Shown here: positions 53,910 through 64,000 of the stretch, piece by piece
How the letters are laid out: every line of letters begins with the position of its first letter
Position numbering within the stretch: position 1 is the stretch's first letter
Assembly (NCBI RefSeq): GCF_030684315.1
Contig: NC_081371.1
Coordinates: 29,631,440 to 29,695,439 of the forward strand
DNA length: 64,000 nucleotides
Direction of reading: 5' to 3'
DNA from: Stegostoma tigrinum
Taxonomy: Eukaryota
The notes under the pieces: model-generated
Database searches by the model: none
What the model saw: the letters and a program-made list of their open reading frames with translations, nothing else
Told to the model about the DNA's origin: nothing
Translations under genes and position numbers: made by a program

Positions 53910-54865
53910 GCTTCAACGCTGGAGCACCCCAAGGATGCATCCTCAGTCCATTGCTTTACTCCCTTTACACCTATGACTGTGTGGACAAGTTCCAAATGAA
54001 CGCTATCTACAAGTTTGCTGACCACACCACTATAATCGGATGGATATCTAACAATGAAGAGCCAAACTACAGAAGGGAGATAGAGGGCTTGGTGACATGA
54101 TGCAATGAAAACAATCTGTCTGTCAACGTCAGCAAAAATGAACATTGACTTCAGAGAGAAAGGAGAACATGCCCCCATCTACATCAATAGGACAGAGGTT
54201 GAGAGGGTGAAGAGCATGAAGTTCCTTGGAGTGACGATAACTGAAACCCGTCCTGGACTTCCCACGTAGCTGTGACAGTCAAGGTACAACAACACCTCTT
54301 CTTCCTCAGGCAGCTCAGGAAATTTGGCGTGTTCATAAGGTCCGTCACCAGTTTCTACAGATTCACCATTGAAAGCATACTGTCCAGGTGCAAAATAACC
54401 TGGCAACTGTTCTGCCTAGGTCCGTAAGAAACTACAGAAGATTGTGTGCGCAGCCCAAACCAACATGGAAGACAACCTTCCATCCAATGGACTCAATTGA
54501 CACAGCTTGCTGCCAAGGAAGGGCTACCAACATCAGCAAAGAGCCATCGCACCCATGTAATAATCGCCTACAACCTCTTCCGTCAGGCATAAGATAAAGA
54601 AACCTGAACTTACGCACAAGCAAGTTCAGGAACAGCTTCTTCCTGGCTGTTATCGGATGATAAATGGAACTCTAGCCTCAAATAATGCTGATCTTGCTAA
54701 CTTTGATCTCGCCTAGTACACGCCTTGTGCAATGTAACCTGTCTAAGTCTTTATGATCTGTATATCCTTTGCTTACTGTGATCTGCCTGTACCACTCGTA
54801 AACAAAGCTTTTTACTGTATTTTGGTAAATGTGACGACAATAAATAAATCAATCAATCAATCAAT
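53910..54865 (+). mobile_element. Rex1/Babar-like LINE 3' fragment with (AATC)n tail
   Basis: GAPQGCILSPLLYSLYTYDC...YKFADHTT remnant. Tail aataaataaatcaatcaatcaatcaat at ~54839-54865. Confidence 0.75.
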
Positions 54866-57800
54866 ACTTATACAGTGAAACAGCAGTCAGACCAAACAAT
54901 GAACACAGAGAATGGATAGCTAAAAGAAAAGTTGGACAAGGTTGTTTTCTGTTTGCAGAACTTTCCAGTCTTTATAGTGAAATTTGGAACAATGTTGACC
55001 CCATTACTTGAGAAGTGATGTAGTTGCATTGAAGGCAGTTCAGAGGAGATTGATGAAAATGAATCCACAGATGGGGGAGTTTATCTTCTGAAGACAGATT
55101 GAGTATTCAGGCCTATATTCTCTGGAGTTTAGAAGATTGAGAAGAGATCTAACTGAGGGATATAACATGCTACAGAGGATCTATAAAGTGGATATAGAAA
55201 GGATGTTTTCTTCATGTGAGCAATCTAGAACAAGATGTCATATTTTAGATAAGGGATAATTGATTTAAAACAGATGAGAAGAAATTACTTCTGTAAGGGT
55301 CATATATTTGTTACCCCAAATTGTGGCTAGGACATTGAGTAAATTTAGGGAGAATATACCAGATTTTTAATCAGTAATGGGTTGAAGGGTGATGGAGAGT
55401 GGGCAGGAAAGTGGAGTTGAGGCCAAGATGAGATCAGCCACGATTGAATTAAATGGCAGAGCAGGCTCGAAGGGCTGAATTGCCAACTCCTGCTTCTAGT
55501 CGTTAAAGTCTTATGAAATTACTACAGAGCATCTATAGGAGTTTTAAAAATGTATTTATGGCAAGTGGATGTCACTGGCTGGGCCAGCATTTATTGCCCA
55601 TCACTAATTGCCATTGAAAGATTAATGGTGAACAGCCTTCTTACATGCTGCAATCTGTTTGGTGTAGGTAAACCAACGATGCAGTTCAGGAAAGAATTCC
55701 AAGAGTTTGACCCAAACTATCACCAGGAATTTCAATAATTGCAACAAATACAAATAATCTGAGATAAGCTGATTACGCAATAATTGTAGCAGTTATGAAG
55801 GAAAGTCTATAGACTTCTAGATGCAATTGTAATAGTAACAGATATGGATTGTCATTAATCTATGAAACAAGGATTATTTCTAAATACAAAATATTGGTGA
55901 AATCAAAATAAATGAAACAAGTGGAATTTTTGTTCTGCTTGGGTGGCTTAATTTTGATGGGAAAAGAGATAAAGACACCAGGAAGCATATAACACTTGCA
56001 AAACAAAAATGAGACCTCTTAGAATATGAGCACCTCCATAGAAAAATGAGATGGCCAAAATGCTTCACGTGTGTAATGTTTTCATATGGATTTGACATTG
56101 AAGTATAAACGAGATAATAGAATGGATGTCAGTTCTGAGACATTTACGAATTACTTGGACCACACACAGGTAATGAGGAACCTTTGAGGAAAAGCAGGCA
56201 CGTAAGAAGAAATTTTGTAGATGATCACCAAAGGACAATTACAATTGTTTGGGTACATATTTAGTAGAGAAAAACTGGAACATGTATAAGCAACAAAATT
56301 AATGTTCCATCATGCCGCCGTGTTGCTCTTATCAGATTTCATTTGGCAGCAGGGCATTCACTGTGTGCCATGCATGTGTGCATTGGTTGTACACAGGAGT
56401 CAATGGCTCATGGATAGCTCTTATTATCTAGCAGCCACCCTTTGGTTTTAGATGTTGGCTCAATGCAACTAGCACAGCAAACTGATGCAGAATAAAGATC
56501 TCATAGCCACTGCCAGACTATCAGATATTGACCTGAATGTTACACTACCTGTTCACATACTTGACAGTCATTGAGGTTGCGTAATTTATTATTGTTCCAG
56601 TACAGCGCAAAGTTGGCATGCTGTATCCACAAAGTGTTTTGCTTTAAGTGGAACCCTGCATCATGGTGAAGCCTGTAATCCTAACAAATCAGATGCTTGC
56701 CTTTGGTAAAAGAGAATGGAACATATTTATTTAGCTGTCATTAAATTGACAGTCTCAGTCACTTCCTTTATGCAACAGTGGATACAAAACTGTGAGATGC
56801 CGTATCTTTACCATTAGCTTGAAGGGAGTCAGATGCATTACAGCTTCTCACGAAGATCACCTTCATTGCCACGGGCATTGTATTCTTTGTCCTGCTGTGA
56901 GGTTGCAGTTGTGAATGCAGCACATGGCACATTTCAGTGAGAACATCTTCTGCAGGTCAAATATTGAACTGCGAGAAGTTGACTGGGACATTAATCTCCA
57001 AACTGTTGCATGCTGTTTGACATCATAATTTCTGTGACTTGCACAATTATAGCAGTTATTGTCTGCATGTAAGCTAACTTTTACACCAATACAGTACCTG
57101 CCATAATGCTGTGGAGGCCATAGCAGAGCCCTAAGGGCACACAGCATATGTATAAAAAACAAATCTAATTCTTACAGTTTCATTTTTCAATTTACGGCAG
57201 TTGACTATCAAGTGAATGAGGATCTAAGTGACATTGGTGGGGTTTTCACTATGTGATATTGTTAGTATGTCTTGCAGAAGCTAAGATGCTGCTAGGCCTG
57301 CTTTGTATCTCGGATTCTGCAACATCTGCAGTTCCCATTATCTCTTATCTTACACTGTTGGTTCTTCTAGTTATGCTAGCAATACAGCCAGCACAAACAA
57401 CTTCAGAACATAGTTCAAAACATGTCTCGAAACGTCAGCTTTTGTGCTCCTAAGATGCTGCTTGACCTGCTGTGTTCATCCAGCTCCACACTTTGTTGTC
57501 TCGGACTCTCGAGCATTTGCAGTTCCCATTATCTCTGATTATGACACACTGATTTTCTCATCTTTGTCCGTAACTGCCTCTGTTAGCAATGAATTTTTGA
57601 GCTCTCCTCTTTGCAATTTGTCTTGGCTATATGATCTCTTCCATCACAACTCCTACACTTCCTCATCCTACTAGATTTTGAGTCTCAGTCAGCCAATCAA
57701 CTGGGCTATCTGCTCCCCATGTCCTGACCAGATACGACCCCTTTCTATCATCTTTTCCGACTCCTGATTTGCAAGAATGTATATGTTGTACGACTTTGCT

Positions 57801-58450
57801 CATGTCTTGGCTGTTGAAATTTTATCTGTGATTTAATGCCTCTAGAATCAACTATTGCAATGCACACTGGGCAGCTTCCTATGTTCTACTCACCTTAAAC
57901 CTGATCCAACATTTTCTTCTTGAGTGCTGATTCTTACTAAATCCCATTCATCCATCAACCCTTTATTACTCAACTAAACTGGTGCTTGTTTAAGCAGTGC
58001 CTTGATTTTAAATGTCTTCATACTTCTTTTCAAAGCCTCCATGACTTGAGGTCAACCTTTTCTCTGACATCTCACGTCCAAGATGTTTGTCTTTCTCCAA
58101 ATCTGACCTCTTGAGCATACCACATTCGCCAGAGGCACACCGACGATGTTACCTAGCAGGGTGATGAAACATTTGCAACCAAACCCACCAGCTGTGAACA
58201 TGTCGACAACCTTATTTGTGGCTGTATCTTCAGCTGCCATGGCCTTAAGCTGAGGAATTCCTCAATAAACCTCTCTATTGTTCTTCAAGGTATATCTTAC
58301 AGCTATCTCTTTGATTAGACTTTTTGTTATCTATCTGACATATGGCTTGGTGTGAAATTTTGTTCATATTCTTGAGAATATATTACACCTTTGACGAAGA
58401 ATAAGTACAAGCCACAGTTATGTACTGGGAAAGTTAGTTGGATCAAAAAC

Positions 58451-58543
58451 TCTGATGAAGGGTCTAGGCCCGAAACGTCAGCTTCTGTGCTCCTAAGATG
58501 CTGCTTGGCCTGCTGTGTTCATCCAGCTTCACACTTTGTTATC
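58451..58543 (+). mobile_element. 93-bp PLE family A fragment with intact hammerhead core (58452-58481), inserted at the end of an older opposite-strand pLTR (to ~58642)
   Basis: 13-bp direct repeat TTGGATCAAAAAC at 58438-58450 and 58544-58556. Confidence 0.88.
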
Positions 58544-59279
58544 TTGGATCAAAAACAAAGTTGCTGGAAAAGCTCAGCAGGTCTGGCAGCATCTGTGGAG
58601 GAGAAAACAGAGTTAACTTTTCGGGTCCGGTGACCCTCAGAAAGTTAGTTGGAATTTGGAGCTTGAGTTCTGTTCCCAGATGATATACTTTCTTCTGCTA
58701 CCTCCTTTGTCTGCTCTCTTGCTGTTCCCTATACCTTGCATTCTGACCTCTTCTGTGCTTGTACTTTGCTGTGTTCTTCTGCAATTTTTTTTGCTCTTCA
58801 TACCTCTAACCCTTGTTCCTTCATATGGTGCTATTTAACTTATCTGCTATTGCCCTAAATGCCCACTCCTCCTCATATGAACATTCACGTGTAGATCTCC
58901 AGCCCCCAAATCCCAATACTCAATAATAAACAATTGACATATGAGATTCAGATTATTGATAACATCATTCATTATAAAGCAAGGGACAATGACTGTGGCA
59001 TTGCTGACAAGGCAATCTGCTAATGCATGGAATATTTAGGATAGATTGCAGATGTGCAATCTGGATTAACCTTGTAATTCCTACTTTTTCAGTGCATGCA
59101 TTACTCGAAAAGCGTTAGCTTTCTTTCCTTTTAGACTTCAATAAAACAAAGTTGCCGTATCTTAATTACTGCTCTTAATTGATCTTATGAAGCTTAGTGT
59201 TATTATGTGCGTTGGACCTTAGGATTCTTGATTTTCAGCGGCACCATGGACGGTGATGTTTCAGCCTTTTTCTACTTAC

Positions 59280-59362
59280 GGGTAGAAGCCCAATTTCTGA
59301 TTATCAGATGACAACTGGCCACTTCGATTAGAGCAGCAGGCAACCGCGCAATATCTAGGCAT
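59280..59362 (-). CDS. THAP5: THAP5 exon 1 (start of THAP zinc finger)
   Basis: MPRYCAVACCSNRSGQLSSDNQKLGFY(P), 83 nt, donor gtaagt. Confidence 0.95.
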
Positions 59363-59500
59363 TTCTTTGCGACAGAACCAAGGTAGTGGCGAACAGTGCA
59401 ACGCGCAGGAACCCTGAATGCGGAAGTGAAATCACAAAGAACGCTGTATCAGCGACGCGACGTGGAGGCAGCCAATAAGTGAGTGATTCGTGGTGGAAGG
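59363..59500. promoter_or_regulatory. THAP5/DNAJB9 bidirectional CpG promoter with UPR-type elements
   Basis: ETS CGGAAGTG 59421-59428, GACGTGG (XBP1/UPRE-like ACGT core) 59459-59465, CCAAT 59472-59476, second CGTGG 59489-59493. Confidence 0.75.
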
Positions 59501-59572
59501 GGTTCTAGAACACGGTGTAACAGTTCAGGGTGTTTCCTGCTGCTGTGTGCGGTTTGGGAAAGGCTGCTACCG
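59500..59572 (+). other. DNAJB9: DNAJB9 non-coding exon 1 (5' end approximate)
   Basis: Strong donor CCG|gtgagt at 59572/59573, downstream of the CCAAT/ACGT promoter. Confidence 0.7.
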
Positions 59573-61226
59573 GTGAGTGCTTCTGACAAATAGACTAGGC
59601 CCAGATTTCCCCGCACAGTCGATCCTGCTGCTATCTAACTGTAATCAAAATCGGTTTCGCTTTCTTTGTATTTATTTTTATTTTAAATGTTTTTTACAGC
59701 TTTCATTGTGAGTCGTACGAGCGTTCGCTTTCGTGTGCTTTCTATCCTGTGCGTAAGACTGTTGTAAGAAAGCCCTGGTAATGGAGGGGTAACGGATAGT
59801 GGCGAATTTGCACGGCTGGCATCAGGCTTGTTGTTAGGTTGAGTGTGTCGCCGCATTAGCTGAGTAATAAAGCGGGTTCCGTGGCATCATCCGGTTGTGC
59901 TGCTGAAAAGCGAAGCTTTTCTGTTTGCCAGTCTTTTCGCGACATGAAAAGTGAAGAAAATTAATTCTAAAAGCACTTTCTGTCTCCTACTTTGGTTAAA
60001 ATCTTTTAGTTTCTGAGGGTAATGAGAGTTATTGCCAAATTTCACACTATACTTCTGTAAAGAAATTAACTCACCTTAACCGAAGCCCGAAACAAAACGT
60101 GAAGCGCCCACTGACCTTTGGTTCTTTTGAGATGTGAATTTTTTTGCACTTTATCGATGTCATATTGTATTCGATGGCCTTCGCTTGCAACAAACTCGAT
60201 TCTGTCAATACAATGATCAGTTACAAAACAGGTTGAGATTTTATCACTACGCAGGAGATGTATTTGTTTTACATTGAGCCCTTTGTATAGTCGTCAAAAT
60301 GTTACCGATGTCGCCGTACTTGCTTTTGAACCAGTGCAGATTACTGAAACCAATTTGATTGAGTTGTCAGTGATTTATTCAGGGCGTAGGTGAAAATTTG
60401 CTCATGTTTTGAGAGGTAGATGTGTAACTGACGACAGAATACTGAAACAAATGTGAACAACTTTTTAAAAAATAAAATACTGTCTGGGAGCTTTTTAGTG
60501 TCCAATGATAGAAAAGTATAATCAGGCCCAGCAGAGCCGCCTTGAGATAAGGAGGGATATGTAATGACTTGTGGCCTTATCAGTATTTCCTGAAACCAGT
60601 TGGAGAATGCAAGGCAGAAAAATCAACGAAATCGCTTTCCCCTCACTGAGACACCACATTGTTATTCAATAGAACAATGTATGCAGTGAAGTCTGTGATA
60701 AGAGCATTTCACTTTGAATTATATTAGTCAGTACCAACCTTACTTTAAAAAAAAAATTCCTGTATCAGAGGTTGCTACAAAAATGCTAAAAATTGAACTA
60801 AGAAAGTTTTCTGGGACAAATGGTAAAGCATGAAAGTTCTTTCACAGACAATGTACTTAGCACTATTGAATATTATTTCTGTGATTGGGCTAGTGATTGT
60901 TTTTTTGGAATTCTGTGGGTTAATGATCTATGTGGCTTACTTTAAAGTAGATGTTGTATTTTGGCATAATTAATCATGCAATCAAGATCATTTCTCACTG
61001 ACAGAAATGAATGTGTACCAGGAAATATACAGGTGAATGTTGCATTCATATTTATGACATTTGAGAATTTATTGGAAATAGGTAGTATAAGTGACATTAG
61101 AAGGTAACTTGCAAGTAACTGATATCTGCTGAAGTATTGGTACTTGTGAACTTCCAAGGTGCACTCTGTCAAAACCCTTGGGCACTTGTTAACACAGCTT
61201 CGTCCCTCCCTTGCATACATGTGATA

Positions 61227-61360
61227 CATAAAAATCTGAACTGTAGATGCTGGAAATTAGAAACAAAAACAGAAATTGCTGAGAAAACTCAGCAGGTCTG
61301 ACAGCATCTGAAGAATTGTCGCCGGACCTGAAATGTTGACTCTGATTTTTCTCCACATAT
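61227..61360. mobile_element. Old short inverted PLE pLTR remnant in DNAJB9 intron 1
   Basis: pLTR tail joined at CTG (61308) to a decayed CTGAAGAA...CCTGAAATGTT core. Confidence 0.65.
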
Positions 61361-61763
61361 AGATTACTGGATTGATGTAAATTTAGGCTTAAAAATGTAG
61401 GGCAAGGTCCCCTGATATTGCAGTTTTGAGAGTCCGATAACAATTTTCATGTAAAAATTTCTTTTTTTTAACAAGGGAAATCTGCATGATGCTTGACCAG
61501 GTGGTCAGATGCTGCTGTGTACTTCCCCTCCCACTGTTTACCTTATTTCGTGCTTTGTTTAATATTCCAAATGCAAATGAGTCTCCCAAGAAATTTAACA
61601 TATATATTCAGATTGGTATGGAAGGCAATATAAATGAGATTGTCGAAATTCTAAGCCTTACTGAAGAGGATCTCTGCTGTACTGAAGTTTGGAATATTTG
61701 AGACACACATGCTTACAGCATAGTGTTAATGTATATCTTTGTGTTTTCTAGGAAATATTGACA

Positions 61764-61980
61764 ATGGCAGCAGCACACTCTGTTTTTGCTTTTGCTGTCT
61801 GTTTTCTAATGATATCTGAATTTATACTGGCAAAGAAAGATTATTATGAAATTTTGGGTGTGCCAAAAAATTCATCTGACCGTCAAATAAAGAAAGCATT
61901 TCACAAGCTTGCAATGAAATACCATCCAGATAAAAATAAAAGTCCAGATGCAGAGACAAAGTTCAGAGAAATTGCTGAAG
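61764..61980 (+). CDS. DNAJB9: DNAJB9 (ERdj4/MDG1) coding exon 1: signal peptide and J domain
   Basis: Acceptor ttctag|G at 61751/61752. Reads [33 protein letters not shown]...[22 protein letters not shown] (HPD motif). 217 nt, donor gtaagt. Confidence 0.97.
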
Positions 61981-62808
61981 GTAAGTGCGTTAGACTTCTG
62001 AGATTATTCTGATTGGTCTGTCTATATAGTTTCAGGTTATTGGAAAAGACTACAGCTATTTTCTTTAGCTCCTACCATAAATATTACCTTTTACCAGTTC
62101 AGCAATTCTCCTTTTTAGCTACTATCTCAAGGTGCACCAGAATTTTCAATATTTTGGCATCTTACTTAATAGTGAATCAAGCATCTGACTTTGACAGGAG
62201 GGTGTGGTGGGAAAGCTCATGTGCGCCACTGTAATCTACCACATTAGCTACCTCTTCCTGAACCCTTCTTCCATGTCTTTAGTTATCTCCCAAGCATGAA
62301 ATCTCCAATGATCTAACCGGTTTTTGCATCGTCCTCCTCTTCATAAGCTATAGGTCATATCCTGCTGTATTTGACCCATTCTAGGACCTGCTTCCTTTTC
62401 TTGTCCTTCTTGATCTACTTCAGCTACTAGTTCCCGGATGCATCCATTTAAAAATGATTGTCCTTCTATCTGAGTTTGAATCTTTCAGTAGCTTTATTAA
62501 TATCGTTTGTAACCTGTCAGCTAACCCTCACCTCCCCAACGTGCACATGCGCGCACCCCACCCAAACATGATTTCTTCGAGTCATTTCACCTCACTGTTG
62601 TTGGCTGTGCCTTTTGGCAGCTTAATCTCATGCTATGAAATTCTCTTACTTAGTAACTTTGTTTTCCTCTCTTCCCTTTTAACACCTTCCATCAAATCTA
62701 TGTCTTTTAGCAATAATTTGGTCACCTTTAAAATTGCTTTCTTTATTACATTGCTGTTTGTTATTGTGACTTGTCTGCTTTAGATAAGACTAGCATTTTG
62801 TTTTACAG

Positions 62809-63248
62809 CATATGAAGTCCTTTCGGATGAGAAGAAAAGGAAAGAATACGATCACATGGGTCATCAATTTTTTAATGCAGGCAATGGTGCCCAACATGCC
62901 CATTCTTTCAATTTCAACTTTGATGACTTTCTTAAAGATTTTGACTTTGATTTAGGCCACAGAACACATCACAAAAAACATTTTGATAGTCACTTCAGGG
63001 CACAGCAGGAGGGCCACAATGCGCACAGATTTGCCTTTGGAGATAGGCAGTTTCCTTTTGGAGGTGGATTGTTCGATGATGTATTTGAAGACATGGAGAA
63101 GATGTTCTCATTCACCAGCTTTGGCAGCACACACAAACACACAGTGAGAACTGAGAAGTTCCAAAGCTCTAGCAAGCAGCACTGCAAGACTGTTACACAG
63201 CGCAGAGGAAACATGGTGACCACATACACAGACTGTTCAGTGCCATAA
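62809..63248 (+). CDS. DNAJB9: DNAJB9 coding exon 2: G/F-rich region and C-terminus
   Basis: ttacag| then (A)YEVLSDEKKRKEYDHMGH...HCKTVTQRRGNMVTTYTDCSVP*. Total 657 nt = 218 aa. Confidence 0.97.
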
Positions 63249-63487
63249 ATTGGCTAAATGTACATAATCATATCAGCATGGTTTGCTTGACATCTTTGTC
63301 ATGGCCTATTCCTGGGCAGAAGTGTCAAGAAAGGCAATATGAGTTACGTTGCGCAAAAAAAAGCTTTCCTCTCCGTCTTTGTAAACCTTCCAGACATTTA
63401 TTGCGTGCTGTGGCTAATTTCAGCTAGAAACTGTATTTAGCCTTTACAGTCACCATTTTCTAGCTTAGTAATTTCAAGCATATGCTT

Positions 63488-63493
63488 AATAAA
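63488..63493 (+). terminator. Candidate DNAJB9 polyadenylation signal
   Basis: AATAAA ~240 nt after the stop codon. Usage not demonstrable from sequence. Confidence 0.35.
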
Positions 63494-64000
63494 TACAAAG
63501 CAATAGTAATGATGTATGAGCTAGCACAGGAGGTAAACCAACAAGTTTGGATAAAATAATGGTGAAACAGGTTATTCTGTAAAATGTTATGCTTTACGCT
63601 GTTTATGTATTTGTTTAATCCTGATGTTCAAAATTTGTTTAACTTCGTTTGAGGACAGATCTTGCATCTTGCCATGGCTAATGAAGGCAGAATGCTGTAC
63701 TCTGATAGCTAATCTTACAAGATTATCTATTAATTTCCTTAATACAATCTACATGGTATCCTACAATTCATCGTAATTCAATTTCAACAGTATGAGTGAT
63801 AGGTCCATGCCTTATTTATTGCTTTGGTTTTTTTTTTCGGTTTAGCTGGCTTTGTGTTTGGATAAGATGTTGGACTTTGGTTTAAAAGAAGGTTGTGAAA
63901 AGCACACTTAACAAGGATTAGCTTCAAGTTCAAACCAGAATTGTAACATTGTATATTTTGTGTGGAGATTCTCAAAATTTAATTAAAGTTTGTTAACTTC

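Noticed and set aside
56300-57250. Non-repetitive-looking, possibly decayed coding sequence in THAP5 intron 1
   Set aside because: I could not assign a convincing frame or motif. It needs tblastx or a Dfam search.
18742-58543. Recurring ~100-bp repeat as a CRISPR-like array or tRNA/miRNA genes
   Set aside because: Dispersed, TSD-flanked and attached to GIY-YIG/RT remnants, so these are PLE termini. No spacer periodicity or cloverleaf.
59455-59495. Canonical ERSE element
   Set aside because: Spacing between CCAAT and CCACG matches neither CCAAT-N9-CCACG nor ATTGG-N-CCACG. Reported only as an ACGT core plus CCAAT.

Overview
Eukaryotic, repeat-rich vertebrate DNA. The repeat families (CR1 LINEs, HE1-type SINE, abundant Penelope-like elements) point to a shark, which is an inference. 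Three spliced genes were reconstructed by hand from GT-AG junctions. ERGIC2 is on the minus strand, with a non-coding exon 1 at ~36.1-36.25 kb and six coding exons between 15.6 and 3.95 kb; its 3' part runs off the window. THAP5 is on the minus strand, complete, 3 exons, 276 aa. DNAJB9/ERdj4 is on the plus strand, complete, 218 aa, and shares a small bidirectional promoter with THAP5. The rest is nested CR1/Rex1 LINEs, decayed hAT and Tigger transposases, and more than 15 Penelope-like element (PLE) insertions. The PLE termini carry a minimal hammerhead-ribozyme motif (CUGANGA-stem II-GAAACGUH) whose stem II covaries between families. Many PLE copies are inverted 'fold-back' insertions flanked by 12-15 bp target-site duplications (TSDs), including a ~1.07 kb near-perfect palindrome just upstream of the ERGIC2 promoter. 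Most short ORFs in the supplied track are spurious or transposon remnants. Repeat boundaries are approximate unless a TSD is given.
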